From Mobula hypostoma (lineage: Eukaryota), in assembly GCF_963921235.1 (NCBI RefSeq), contig NC_086097.1:190652001-190716000 (forward strand): DNA of 64,000 bases, written 5' to 3'. The notes under the pieces were generated by a model. The model worked only from the letters and a program-made list of their open reading frames with translations, ran no database searches and was not told the origin of the DNA. Made by a program: the position numbers and the translations under genes. This document shows positions 1 through 12,864 of the stretch, piece by piece (position 1 is the stretch's first letter; every line of letters starts with the position of its first letter).

Positions 1-841
1 TGTTCTTGATGAACCTCCCTTGTGGGACCTTGTCCATGTAGACACCATCCACTGTCTTTCCATCATCACCGTTCCTGGTAGCTTCTTCAAAAAACTCTAT
101 AAGATTGGTTAGACTTGACTTACCATGCACAAAGCCATGTTGGCTATCACTAAACAGTCCCTGTCTATTCAAATACTTATATATCTGTTCCTTTAGAATA
201 CCTCCCAATAACTTACCCATTACTGATGTCAGGCTCACCTACCTGTAATTTTCTGTTTTTTTTCTTTGTATTTTTCTTAGTCAGAACAACGTTAGCTATC
301 TTCCAATCTTTCAGCACCTCAAACATAGTTAAGAAGGTGTTAAGTATCTCTGCTAGGGGCCCTACAATTTCTGCATTAGCCTCCCACAGGATTTGAGGGA
401 ACATATTGTCAGGTCCTGAGGATTTATCTCCCCTAATTTACATCAGGGCAGGAAGCATCTTCTCCTCAGTAATCTGACTAGGGTCCATGACTTTGCTGCT
501 GCATTGCCTCACATCTATAGACCCTGTTTCCAGCTTCCGAGTAAAAACAAATGCAAAAATATCCATTCAAGTTTGCTCCAATCTCTTCAGAGTTAATGCA
601 TAGATAATCGCTTTGATCTTCCAGAGGAACAATTCTGTCTCTTGCAATCCTTTTGCTTTTAATGTATCTGTAGAAGCCCAAAGGATTCTCCTTCACCATA
701 TCTTCTGGAACAGCAGTCACCAAACTCTGGGCCGCGGACCGGTACCAGGCCGCAGAGCATGTGCTACCGTGCCACAAGGGAATGATATGAGTGAGATGCA
801 CCTTTTCCTCATTCCCTGTCACGCACTGTTGAACTTGAACA

Positions 842-1455
842 TAGGGTCGCCAACTGTCCCGTATTTGCCGGGACATCCCGTATATTGGGTTAAATTGGCT
901 TGTCCCATATTTCCCCTGCTAAGGTACAGCGTTCCTAAGAAACTTTCGCGCCGAAATGGCATGAAGCGAAGAAGCAATTACCATTAATTTATATGGGAAA
1001 AATTTTTGAGCATTTCCAGACCCAAAAAAAACCTACCAAATCATACCAAATAACACATAAAACCGAAAATAACACTAAAATATAGTAAAAATATGAATGA
1101 TATGATAAATACACAGCCTATATAAAGTAGAAATAATGTATGTACAGCATAGTCAGGAAGATGGGGGATGAACATCGGCACGTACGCGCATGCGCACGTC
1201 ACGCATTCGTACATAGGTGCCCGCGCAAGGCTTCATGGTCATGGTAGTCTTTCCAGGGGTCAAGTGTCCCGACGAAGGGAATCGGCCTGAAACGTGGTAT
1301 GTACCTCTTCCTATAGATGCTGCCTGGCCTGCTGTGTTCACCAGTAATTTTTATGTATGTTGCCGGGATTTGACTGCTACTTTTGTCCCTTATTTGGGAG
1401 TGAGAAAGTTGGCAATCCTAACTGTAAAAGACATATTCAGGTGAGTTTAACCCTA
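842..1455. mobile_element. Nested hAT (Blackjack-like) MITE
   Basis: Starts tagggtcgccaac, ends aacccta; internal TIR copy gttggcaatccta at 1408-1420; perfect 8-bp TSD cttgaaca (834-841, 1456-1463). Confidence 0.75.
1265..1362 (+). mobile_element. PLE 3' tail fragment starting at a degenerate hammerhead
   Basis: gtcccgacgaaggg...gaaacg...gatgctgcctggcctgctgtgttcaccag matches 4183-4277. Confidence 0.8.
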
Positions 1456-3772
1456 CTTGAACATCACCACCCCCCGGATGGCCGGTTCTCAAGAATATTG
1501 TCAATATTAAACCAGTCCGCGGTGCATAAAAGGTTGGGGACCCCTGTGCTAGAACAACCTCATGTCTTCTTTCATCCCGCAGATTACCTTCTTAAGTGTC
1601 AACTTGTATTTCTTACATTCCTCAACTACCTCATTTGTTCCTGCCAGCCTATAGCTGTCATGCGCCTCCTTTGTTTTCAATACCTCTCAAAAGCCAAGGT
1701 TCCCTAAACCTGTCATCCTAGCCTTTTATTCTGACAGGAGTATATAAACTCTGTGCACTCAAAATTTCACTTTTGAAGGCCCCCACTTACCAAGTACACT
1801 TTTGCTAGAAACCAAACTGTCCCAAATCCATACCTGTCAGATCTTCTTTGATACTATTAAAATCAGACTTTTTCCAGTTTTGAATTTCAACCCGAGGACC
1901 AGACCTAAACTTCTGTCAACTTCTGACTCATTCTCTATTAGGAGATCTCGTATTATACTCTTTCTAGTTTGGACTTCTGTGTAATGATTAAGGAAACATA
2001 CCTGAACACATGCGACAAACTCTTTCCCTTCCAACTCTTTTACAGTATGGGAATCCTAGTCAACATGTGGAAAGTTAGTATCACCTACCAACACAACCTT
2101 ATGTTTTTTTGCAAAAGTCTGCAATCTCTTTACAAATTTGTTCTTCTAAATCCCGTGGACTGTTGGATGGTCTATTATATAATTCTATTAATGTGGTCAT
2201 ACCTTTCTTATTCTTCAGTTCTACCCATAAAGCTTCACTGGACAAGCTCTCCAGTCTGTCCTGACTAAGCACCGTTGAGCCATTTTCCTTGACTAGTAAT
2301 GCCACCCCTCCCTCTTTAATTCCCCCACTCTCTATCATGTCTGAAACAACAGAATCCTGTCCTTGCTGGAACCAAGTTTCACTAATGGCTACAACGTCAT
2401 AATTCCATGTGCTTATCCTTGCCCTAGGCTCATCCATCATACAATGCTCACTCCTTGCATTGAAATATATGCAGCTCAGAGCATTAGTTGTACCGTGCTC
2501 AACCTTTCAATTCATGACTTTGAATGTAGACTGAGCAACAACTTTCTCCACAACCACACTACTATCTGTTCTGGCACTCTAGTGTCTATCCTTCCTTCCT
2601 GCTAGGATATTAACCCCTTCCAGTTCAGCTGCCAACCATCCCTTCTGTACAGGTCCCACCTTCCCTGGAAGAGAGCTCAATGATCAAAAAATCTGAACCC
2701 TCCCTCCCGCACCAACTCCTAAGCCACATGTTAAACTATATAGAGAGAAACATAGAAACATAGAAAACCCTCAGCACAGTACAGGCCCTTCGGCCCACAA
2801 TGCTGTGCCGAACATGTACTTATCTTAGAAATTACCTAGGGTTACCCATAGCCCTCTATTTTTCTAAGCTCCATGTAGTTATCCAGGAGTCGCTTAAAAG
2901 ACCATATCGCTTCTGCCTCCACCACAGTCACCGGTAGCCCATTTCATGCTTTCACCAATCTCTGCGTAAAAAAACTTATCCCTGACATCTCACCTGTACC
3001 TACTTCCAAGAACCTTAAATCTGTGCCCTCTCGTGTTAGCCATTTCAGCCCTGGGAAAAAGCCTCTTACTATCAACATGATCAATGCCTCCCATCATCTT
3101 ATACACCTCTATCAGGTCACCTCTCATCCTTCATCACTCCAAGGAGAAAAGGCCGAGTTCATTCAACCTATTTCATAAGGCATTCTCCCCAATCCAGGCA
3201 ACATCCTTGTAAATCTCCTCTGCACCCTTTCTACAATTTCCACATCCTTCCTGTAGTGAGATGACCAGAACTGCGGACAGTACTCCAAGTGGTATCTGAC
3301 TAGGGTCCCATATAGCTGTAACATTACCTTGAACTCAATCTCATGGTTGATGAAGGCCAATGCACCATATGCCTTCTTAACCATAGAGTCAACCTGTGTA
3401 GCAGCTTTGAGTGTCCTATGGACTCGGACCACAAGATCCCTCTGATCCTCCACACTGCCAAGAGTCTTAACATTAATACTATATTCTGCCATCATATTTG
3501 ACCTACCAAAGTGAACCACTTCACACTTATCTGGGTTGAATTCCATCTGCCACTTCTCAACCCAGTTTTGCATCCTATCGATGTCCCACTGTAACCTCTG
3601 ACAGACCGCCACACTATGCACAACACCCCCAAACTTTGTGTCAATAGCAAATTTACTAACCCATCCCTCCACTGCCTTGTCCAGGTCACTTTGTCAGTAC
3701 CTCCAGCCAAACTCTGTCTCTTTGTGTGTTTGCCCCAGCCGTCATTCTGTGTTCTTGTATTACCATGTTCTC

Positions 3773-4276
3773 CTCTACTGTAAAGATGAAGCCACACTCA
3801 GGTTGGAGGAACAACACCTTATATTCCGTCTGGGTAGCCTCCAACCTGATGGCATGAACATCGACTTCTCTAACTTCCGCTAAGGCCCCACCTCCCCCTC
3901 GTACCGCATCTGTTACTCATTTTTATGCACACATTCTTTCTCTCACTCTCCTTTTTCTCCCTCTGTCCCTCTGAATATACCTCTTGCCCATCCTCTGGGT
4001 CACCCCCCGCCGCCTTGTCTTTCTCCCCGGACCTCCTGTCCCATGATCCTCTCGTATCCCCTTTTGCCTATCACCTGTCCAGCTCTCGGCTCTATTCCTC
4101 CCCCTCCTGTCTTCTCCTATCATTTTGGATCTCCCCCTCCCCCTCCAACTTTCAAATCCCTTACTCACTTTTCCTTCAGTTAGTCCTGACGAAGGGTCTC
4201 GGCCTGAAACGTCGACTGCACCTCTTCCTACAGATGCTGCTTGGCCTGCTGTGTTCACCAGCAACTTTGATGTATG
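3773..4276 (+). mobile_element. 5'-truncated Penelope-like element (GIY-YIG C-terminus and 3' region)
   Basis: RLEEQHLIFRLGSLQPDGMNIDFSNFR matches 45590-45916; 13-bp TSD ttaccatgttctc (3760-3772) / ttaccacgttctc (4277-4289). Confidence 0.9.
4181..4218 (+). ncRNA. Minimal type I hammerhead ribozyme motif (PLE-associated)
   Basis: agtc-CTGACGA-agg(gtctcgg)cct-GAAA-cGTC-gact: intact core, stem I agtc/gact, palindromic ACGT stem III. Confidence 0.8.
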
Positions 4277-6321
4277 TTACCACGTTCTCTTGTTTGTTTT
4301 CATGCTCCATGTGCTCCTGTCCCCACTCCCGCTCTACTCTGGCCCCTGTATCACTGATTATTCCACCCTCACCTGTTTCCCATTACTGGTATTACTGCCA
4401 CCTCTGTCTCATTGTGCTCCATCTATCATCTGCCTCTCTGTTTATTGCTCAGTGTATTTTAGTCCTATGTTTTCACCTGTTTGTTGCCAAATTCTACCAA
4501 TGAGTTTTCCTGATTCTGATTTTTGGATTTCTCTGGAATTTTTTTTTATCTCTGCCTGAACTTTGACACCAACTTTGCACCTCTGGATTTGCTACTCAAT
4601 AAACATCACAGTGTGCACAGCACTTTGTCTCTGATTGGGCCCCTGCTCCATTGCCCTGACACATTTATAAACATCATGAAGTGGTGTTGCAGAACAGATT
4701 CCTGAGGCACACCACTGGTCACCAACCTCCATGCAGAATATGACCCGTCTACAACCACTCTTTGCCTTCTGTGAGCAAGCTAGTTCTGGATCCACAAAGA
4801 AATGTCCCCTTGGATCTCATGTCTCCTTACTTTCTCAATAAGCCTTGCATGGGGTACCTTATCAAATGCCTTGCTGAAATCCATATACACTACATCTACT
4901 GCTCTACCTTCATTAATGTGTTTAGTCATATCCTCAGAAAATTCAATCAGGCTTGTAAGGCATGACCTGCCTTTGACAAAGCCATGCTGACTATTCCTAA
5001 TCATATTATGCCTCTCCAAATGTTCATAAGTCCTGCCTCTCAGGATCTTCTCCATCAACTGACCAACCATTGAAGTAAGACTCACTGGTCTATAATTTCC
5101 TGGGCTATCTCTACTCTCTTTCTTGAATAAGAGAACAACATCTGCAACCCTGCAATCCTCCGGAACCTCTCCCATTCCCATTGATTATGATCTTCCTAAT
5201 TCGGGCCTCTCTAGCATGTGGCACAGGTAGCAATCCAGAGGTCATAACCCTGGAAGTCCTGTCCTTTGATGTAGCATCTGACTTCCTGAATTCACTTTGC
5301 CAGCCCTCCTCATTCCTTCTACCCATGTCATTTGTACCGATGTGGACGATGAGCTCTGACTGCTCACCCTCCCACTTGGACTCAATCCAAGATAACCCTG
5401 ATCCTGGCATCCAAGATGCAACAAACCATCTGGGAAACTCATTCTTGTCCACAGGACTTCCTTTCTGTTCACCTAACCAATGATCCCTCCATCACTACAG
5501 CTCGACTCTTCTCACCCCTTACTTTCTGAGCCACAGAGCCAGACTTAATGCCAGAGACATGATGTTGGCTTTCCTCTGCAAGATCATTCCCCTCAACTGT
5601 ATCCAAAGTGGTATACCTATTTTTGAAGGGAACAGCCATAGGGGTACTCTGTAGTGACTGCCTATCTCCTTTCTCCCTCCTGACATTTAGCTGTGTCCTG
5701 CACCTTGGGTGTAGCTACCTACCTGTATGTGCTGTCTATCTACCTCTCAGCCTTCTGAATGATCCAGAGTTCATCCAATTCCAGTTCCAACTCCATAACT
5801 CAATCTGTTAGAAGCTGCAGCTGGATGCACTTGGACACTCTAGTCTCCCTAACTTCCCACATCCCACAATAGGATCATTCCAGTATCCTGTCTGGCATCC
5901 CCACTGCTCTAAATGTGAAATAAGAAATAAAGAAAGAGTAGATAAAGAAAAAGAATTGACCTATGGCCTAGCCTTTCATCACCAAACCCTGTTGAATCAA
6001 AGCCTCAACTCCCCACTCCAACGGGAAATTACAATCCTGGCCACTCACACAATGGCTGATCCACTTGAACCTAATTTATTTGTATTGATCCTTGCCAAGT
6101 GTCTAATTATGCACAATCCAGTGTTTCCTGGGGACTGTGGCATGCAAACTGTGCTGATTGACCCGCTTGCTTCTTTTAAACTCTCTCTCCTTCCAAGTAA
6201 TCCCATGTCTCCTTTGGATTGTGATGAGCAAAATGAGCCGACTGCCCCCACTTGCTTCTTTTAAATTCTCTTTCCCTCCAAGCAAACCGATTTGATAAAA
6301 TTAGAGTAGATGAGCTAAAAT

Positions 6322-6619
6322 TAGATTAGCTTTATTTGTCACATGTACATGGAAACATGCAGTGAAATGTGTCATTTACCATGTATGAAATCAGCGAGGA
6401 TTGGACTGAACAACTCACAAGTGGCACTACCTTTCTGGGGTTAGCATAGCATCCTCACAACTAACCATACATCTCTAGAGTATGGGAGGAAACCAGAGGA
6501 AACCCACATAGTCACAGGAAGAATGTACAAACACCTTACAACGAGCGGCAGGGATTGAACCACAAACATTGGTGGCACTGAAATCGCATTACACTTTCTG
6601 CTATACTTCTGTGCTGCCC
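6322..6619 (-). mobile_element. tRNA-derived SINE (V-SINE/HE1-like)
   Basis: Minus strand ggcagcacag...gtggttcaatccc B-box-like head and gggtttcctctgg core; similar to 35320-35580. Confidence 0.7.
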
Positions 6620-7719
6620 GTGCCTCACTTGTAATTTGTCAAGAAAATATTATATTAAATATTACCCTTTTTCAGAAAGTATGTTTAGGAAGAATGAACA
6701 AATGGCATTTAACTTTGCTTTGTTTATGTTATCAAGTCAAGCTAACGAAACAGGTAAGTATTATTTAACAGCTGCTTTACTCACACCCACTAACACCTTT
6801 AATAGAGCCGACAAACTTCTTCCAACTAAATCATTTTTGAACGTAGTTGAGAAGATACTTCTGCATGACATGTATCTGTTGAAATCCATGTATTTAAATG
6901 TATTTATCTATCGCAATCAGATTAAAGAACAATTCTATGGGATTTAAAAGACAATCTTTTCTCTTAATTGCAATGGAAAATTACAAACACACAAAATTTA
7001 TTGTTACCCTAACCCATTTCCCCCTTATTTCCCCCGCATTCTTGCATGTTTCTGATATCCATCAATTTAGATGCAATCTAGAAGTAAACTGGGAGCAAAG
7101 CCAATTTAATCTGGTTTAATGGTTTTTCTCTTTGAGGATTTTTTTTAGCTGGTAGGTCTTAACTTTTTTTGTGGCAATAACCCATGGGGCATCAACAGAG
7201 AGTGTTCTTATCTTGTCGATATATTGTTCTTTTATTTACTGATTTCCTTGAATTATATTAATAGTATTTTAACTAATACCATGATAGATTTGTTTTACAT
7301 ATTGGGTAAGTGAATTTTACTTGACACTAATTTGAAATTAGGTTCTTTGTGCATGAGTGGCACATGAGCAAATTTAATCAGATACTTCTATTCATTTGGT
7401 ATGCAGATGCAAACAGCACCAAGCATTCCTGTTCTGATGATAAACATAAATTTCCTGACTGCACACAAAAGCAAGGGACTGTTTGAAGCATTTGCACCCT
7501 AGCTGGCCTTGGCTCAGAAGTTCAGCTTCAAAGGAAGCCCAACCTTACTTAGCCTGTTGCCTGGAAGTCCAAGATGTCTACCTTCCTGCTGATTGATCCT
7601 CCCTTAAGAAGCTTTCTAAGCATCTTCTTCTACCAACAGACCCACTGTGGTAGATGCTCTCAACTGGTCCTGAAGTTGTGTCCAACAAGTCCGACCAATA
7701 TATAATCTTAACTGCAACT

Positions 7720-8270
7720 CTCCCTTAAATGCCATTCTAACCAATTTTTACAGAAGCATTATCCAGAGCGTCACCAATTTCAAAGCATCCGACCACAAGT
7801 CCCAGCAAAGGATTGCGAGGATTGCTGAGAGGATCATCAGATCTCTTTCCACCCATCAGAGATATTTATCAGGAGTGCTTCATTTGCAAGGTCCTTTGCA
7901 TTGTCAATGCCTCCATTCGTCCAACAATCTTTTTGACCCCCTACCATCAGGAAGGATATACCACAGCATTAGGACAAGGACTGTTAGGATGGGAAACAGG
8001 TTCTTCTCCCAGGCCATGAAACTACTGAAATTCCAGCCACCACCCAGGTCTCATTATGTATGAAGCACCAGTAGCATTACACTGTTTAATTTTTAACCTG
8101 TGTCATAAATACACCTCATTATTTGTTAATTTATTTGTGGTTATATTACTTATGTGTTCTGCGTGATTTACATATACTGAGTTGTGCATCTTGGTCTGGA
8201 GGAACATTGCCTTATTTGCTTGTGTACCAGTATACAATAGAATGACAATAATCTAAACTTGAACTTCAAC
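7720..8270 (+). mobile_element. Rex/L2-type LINE 3' fragment
   Basis: LFDPLPSGRIYHSIRTRTVRMGNRFFSQAMKLL C-terminal motif; aaacttgaactt tail. Confidence 0.75.
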
Positions 8271-9927
8271 CAGGTCTCAATTCCTGATCTGCAATATCCC
8301 TAGAACCCCAATATTTTGAACTTTGGCCTTGCAAAATAAAAGCTGGCATGGGCCTGCAGTACAGATATGCTGTATCACATTTTGTTTTCATCATTGCATC
8401 CAAAATTGCGAGATCTTCTGTTATTCAACATGCACCTTATGAATCTGTGGAAAATGCAGAAACTTGACTTGGTACTGCTTGGTATTTGCTTCCTGCTTGT
8501 TCTCTGTGGTCACACTTAACTTTTGTGGGCAAATGGCTTCTAGACACTGTAAGGCCTTGCCACTGTGGTTGTTCCATGAGAGGGAATGAACTGTATATGA
8601 TGACTATGCCAGAAGTAGACTAAGGTCCTCTCATGGAACATCTTACACTATTAGAACGACTCTTCCATTGTTTCCAAGTGTCTCTGATGATTAATTAAAT
8701 TAAAAAATCAAACAAATTTTAAAACCCATAAAATGCATTTTGAAACATATTAAACTTATGAAGATTTATTAAAACATTAATATTAATTAAAAGTATAAAA
8801 TACTTATTTTCACTTTCCCTCCTAACGGAAGTCAGAGAGATGGAGAGATTGAAATGCGATAAGTCATTCCATTAAAACAAATAATGTTGAGAGGAGATTT
8901 GATCAAAATCATAAAGTGAAGAGGAACTGTTCACTTTGACGGGGATAACCGTCACTTTTAAAACCATTTTAAAAATTAAAAGTCATTCTATTAATCCTCA
9001 GAATAACTTCAAAATAAAATTTCGTCACAAAACTTAAATTAGCTATCTCAGAGGAGTAAAAGAAACGTGAAGCAAATATCAATAAATTTTCTAATATCTA
9101 ATATTTTACAAAGCAATCTTCAAATTGTTTCTATATTCTGATTCTAACTTTGGGCAGTTTTTAATATCGGTTCTATCAATTTGTCTTCACTATAAATTTG
9201 ACAGAATCCCGTCTACATTGATTATTTGGTTTTACACTCTATTTCTGTTGCATTATAAGGACATTACTGAATACTATTTCCTTACGAACAAAAGGAAGTG
9301 TAGTTGGCCATATATCCCCTCAAGCCTGCTCTGCCATTTGGTAAGATCATATCTGATCTGATTTGTCCTCAGGACCAATTTCTGACTTGTTCCTTGACAT
9401 TTGACTCTAAAAGTCTGCATGTCACAGCCCTGAACATGTTTAATAATTCAGCCTTCACAACTATCTGAGGTGGAGCAGAGCAAAGATTTACAGCCCTCAG
9501 AAAGAATTGCCTCCATATCTCAGTCTTAAATGGGCAAAACCTTGTCCTTAGTCTAGGTTTCCCTATTCTAGATTTGTTTGTAAGAAGCAACACTTCAGCA
9601 TCTATCCTATAAAGACCACACAGAATCCTTTTATAGTCTTCATAATATTAATGGTGGTTTTTATTTTAATTTAAGTCAATCACCCTTTGATAACTTTGGT
9701 TATGATCAACTATTCTTTGCAGTGACATTTTCTATAGATTCTGGAAATGCAGTCTGTGAAGAGCTTTGTGTGCACTCCTCATGTTCCAGTTTTACGAATC
9801 TGTATATTTAGCAAAACACAGTGTCAATAATCCTCTGAATACGGATACTCTGCACTGAAGATTTTAATAAGATCACCTCTTATTCTTCTAATCTCCAATG
9901 AACATGGGCCAATCTGCCCACTTATTT

Positions 9928-10055
9928 AGTTCTGATGCAAAGTCTCAATCTGAAACATCAACAATTCCTTTTCCCCCACAGTTACTGTTTGATCTGTTGA
10001 ATTTCTCCAGCAGATTGTTTATTGCTCCAAATTCCAACATTTGCAATCTCTTTTG
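9928..10055 (+). mobile_element. Old PLE tail with degenerate hammerhead
   Basis: ctgatgca...tgaaacatcaac...ctccagca...ttccaacatttgca. Confidence 0.6.
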
Positions 10056-10561
10056 TGCTTACCCAATCATTTCACAAAAAAACAACTTCTTGATCTCTGT
10101 AATCAAACTGATGAACTTCATCTGAAATGCTACCAGTTAAAAACCTGGTCACCAAAGTCCTGAATAGATGCAGCAACAAGGCATCCCTCTTTCATATTCC
10201 ATATTCTTCACAATAAAAGAAAAGATTCCAATTGCCTTCGTAAATTGCTGCCTTGTATGCTATTTGAGGTTTCGCGTATACCTAATTCTTTCCTTGCAGT
10301 AATGTTCTCTATTTGAAGAATAATGAACTTCTCTACTTTTGTTACCAAAGTCATTGCCTTGCATCTCCTGATATCATACTTAATGTGTTATTTTACCCAT
10401 TACCAAGGCTTTACATAAGAATGGTGTTCTCTTCCTATCATTCTCTCCTTTTTTTTGTAAATAAATATTGGCTTCAATTCACAGTTTGTCTTGGATTCCC
10501 AAGACTGATTCTCGTGGCAATGCACCAGTTTGCCATTCTAAAAAGGACCCAATTAAACCGA

Positions 10562-10757
10562 AACACGAGGAATTCGGCAGATGCTGGAAATTCAAGCAAT
10601 ACACATCAAAGTTGCTGGTGAACACAGTAGACCAGGCAGCATCTCTAGGAAGAGGTACAGTCGACCTTTCGGGTCTCCGCCCGAAACGTCAACTGTACCT
10701 CTTCTTAGAGATGTTGCCTGGCCTGCTGTGTTCACCAGCAACTTTGATGTGTGTTGC
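10562..10757. mobile_element. PLE-derived fold-back mini-element
   Basis: ~78-bp inverted arms (10596-10673, 10680-10757); perfect 14-bp TSD cccaattaaaccga (10548-10561, 10758-10771). Confidence 0.9.
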
Positions 10758-12864
10758 CCCAATTAAACCGAGTCTTTTTTCTGTTTTTCAGAAAATCCTC
10801 TTTTGAGGTTAATATATTAACCCAACATCATATTCTCATATCATGTGGAATTTAAATAATACTTTACCAAATGTCTTTGGGAAATTATTTCCTTTTATTT
10901 ATTTCTTTAGCTATATCATCAAAATACTCTATTTCTATTAAGTTAACTTCCATAACTAATGTTGATTACTATTTTGTAAATTTTATGCTACTATTTCTTT
11001 ATTAATAGCTTCCAGAACTTTTGTTTTTCTAGAAGCAGATATTAGGCTAATTAGATTCCTACAGTTTCTCACTGTATTTTCTTCAGCAAGTGTTACATTT
11101 GCAATGCTTCAATCTAGACCTTGTAATCTACATCCCAGGATGCATAACAGAAGGTCCAGGGGACATTAGCCTTCACTGCCATTATTTCCTGAGTACTTTT
11201 TAAAATTGATACTCATTGTTTTAAGACCCTTTATCCTTGGATAATATTTAGTCTTCCACAAAAATTGATTGAAAATATTTGTACCAAGTCTGTACATATC
11301 ATCCACTGTTAATTCCCCAAATTACTTCTTCAGTGAGCAACATGCTTGTTTCGGTTATTCTCGTCCTTTTTATAGTTGCAGAGCTTTTAATGTCTGATTT
11401 TATATTCTTTTAGTAGATTCCAATTATTCAATATTTTCTCCCTTTTTATTAATACTTTGATTCAAAAAATGCTCTCGTTCTTCTGACCTACTACTATTCT
11501 TCAGAAGATGAAAAACTCTTCCAACAAAAAGTTATGATGCTATCATCAATTTGATTGAATTTCATCTCTGCTTTACAAAGAGCAGTAAAATGAAACCTCC
11601 AGCCTTCATTTTTAGTTCCTAATTTAAAAAAAACAAAGACAAGAGCAGGCTGTTTCGGAGACTTGAATTAAAGAACATTGACAAGGACATGGTCACGCTT
11701 CAGTCCTCAATTCTGTACGTACATGTTTCAAAGAAGCTGTCCTTTGCAGTGCTCATTGCTGTCCTTTGAAATTATTCATACCAGGTGTAATGTTTGCCTG
11801 AATAATGAACACTTGCAATGCAGTGCCATAGGGCCACTCATAATATAGGACCCAATACGTGAGGTCAATCACAGGGAATGGCCACACACTCAATCCACAT
11901 TCTGAACTATGATCACTGCGATCTGCAGCCTGCAGTTTCTCTTTAAGAAACATACTTGACTGCCTGAAGGATTTGGTGAACTTGACTCTCGGGAATCAAT
12001 GTATGGGATTTTGAATGAAGGTCGGTCATCACCAGAAGAGAGGGCACTGGGGCGGACTTAAAGCCAGATTAAAGCATCGAGGCCAAAGCGTGGAAAACGA
12101 ACCAGTCTTCAGTTCCACTACTCTGTGTCAGCCACAATCCCCCACTCGATCCAGATATGTCTGCTTGCATTTAACAGACAGATAAAAAGGACTGCAGGAG
12201 AAAAAGGAAATGGCTTGTTAAATGCATTTAATTCTTCATATATTTATTTGCAAATTTAGTACAAAGAACTATTAAATGAATATTGAGATGTACTGTTTCA
12301 TGAGCCCTGTCCTATTTTATCCAACCTGGATAGATTCAGGTTAAAATCAGGAGCAATGTTTTCAGAAGGGAGGCCTGCGTCATCAATATACAATACAGCA
12401 GATACAGGGTGTTTTGCCTCTCTGGTACACAAGAAATACTACAACTGCTGAAAATCTTGAACAATACACAAAAATTACTGGAGGAGCTCAGCAAGTCAGG
12501 CAGCATCTATGCCTCTGACCCTTACCTTCAGACTTAAAATCACCTTTAACATCACTGGCATATGTCATGGAATTTGTTGTTTTGCGGCAGCAGCACATAA
12601 TAATAAAAAACATGAATGACAGCAAGAAGAATCGGTAAAAAAATTTAATTAAATAAGTAATGTAAAAAGAGAGAAAAATACAGAGGTAGTGGAGCGGAAG
12701 AAGCTGTTCCTGAAATGATGAGGTGTGTGCCTTCAGGCTCCTGTAACTTCTCCATGATGGTAGTAATAACAAGAGGGCATGTCCTGGGTAATGGGGGTCC
12801 TTAATGATGGATCTTACCTTTATGAGGCATCACCTTTTGAAACTGTCCTAGGTGCTGGGGAAAC

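Larger units (their letters stand above)
711..1546. mobile_element. Non-autonomous hAT (Charlie-like) MITE
   Basis: Ends cagcagtcaccaa / ggttggggacccctg are imperfect TIRs; 8-bp TSD ttctggaa (703-710) / tgctagaa (1547-1554); splits CR1. Confidence 0.75.
3692..4661 (+). mobile_element. Solo LTR containing a PLE insertion
   Basis: tgtcag...ctgaca termini, AATAAA at ~4598, 5-bp TSD cactt/cattt; interrupts CR1 RT. Confidence 0.75.
2742..5183 (-). mobile_element. 5'-truncated CR1 LINE (RT and 3' UTR)
   Basis: NYRPVSLTS, SQHGFVKGRSCLT, DFSKAFDKVPH, HLEYC.QFWS; (catagaaa)n tail at 2748-2766. Confidence 0.92.
1..6050 (-). mobile_element. Decayed near-full-length CR1 LINE (RT at 1-700, APE ~1560-2450, ORF1 esterase ~5185-5830), interrupted by nested insertions
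   Basis: ORF fragments WKIANV, FYRYIKSKR, YDVVAISETW (APE) and IVHIGTNDMGR (SGNH esterase); text broken at ~2741 resumes at ~5184. Confidence 0.85.
9290..11530 (-). mobile_element. Ancient, heavily decayed CR1 with PLE insertions
   Basis: PFKTEIWRQFFLRAVNL C-terminus; scattered RT-like nucleotide remnants. Confidence 0.55.

Noticed and set aside
3925..4503. 192-aa S/P/L-rich ORF
   Set aside because: Translation of a pyrimidine-rich PLE 3' region and LTR
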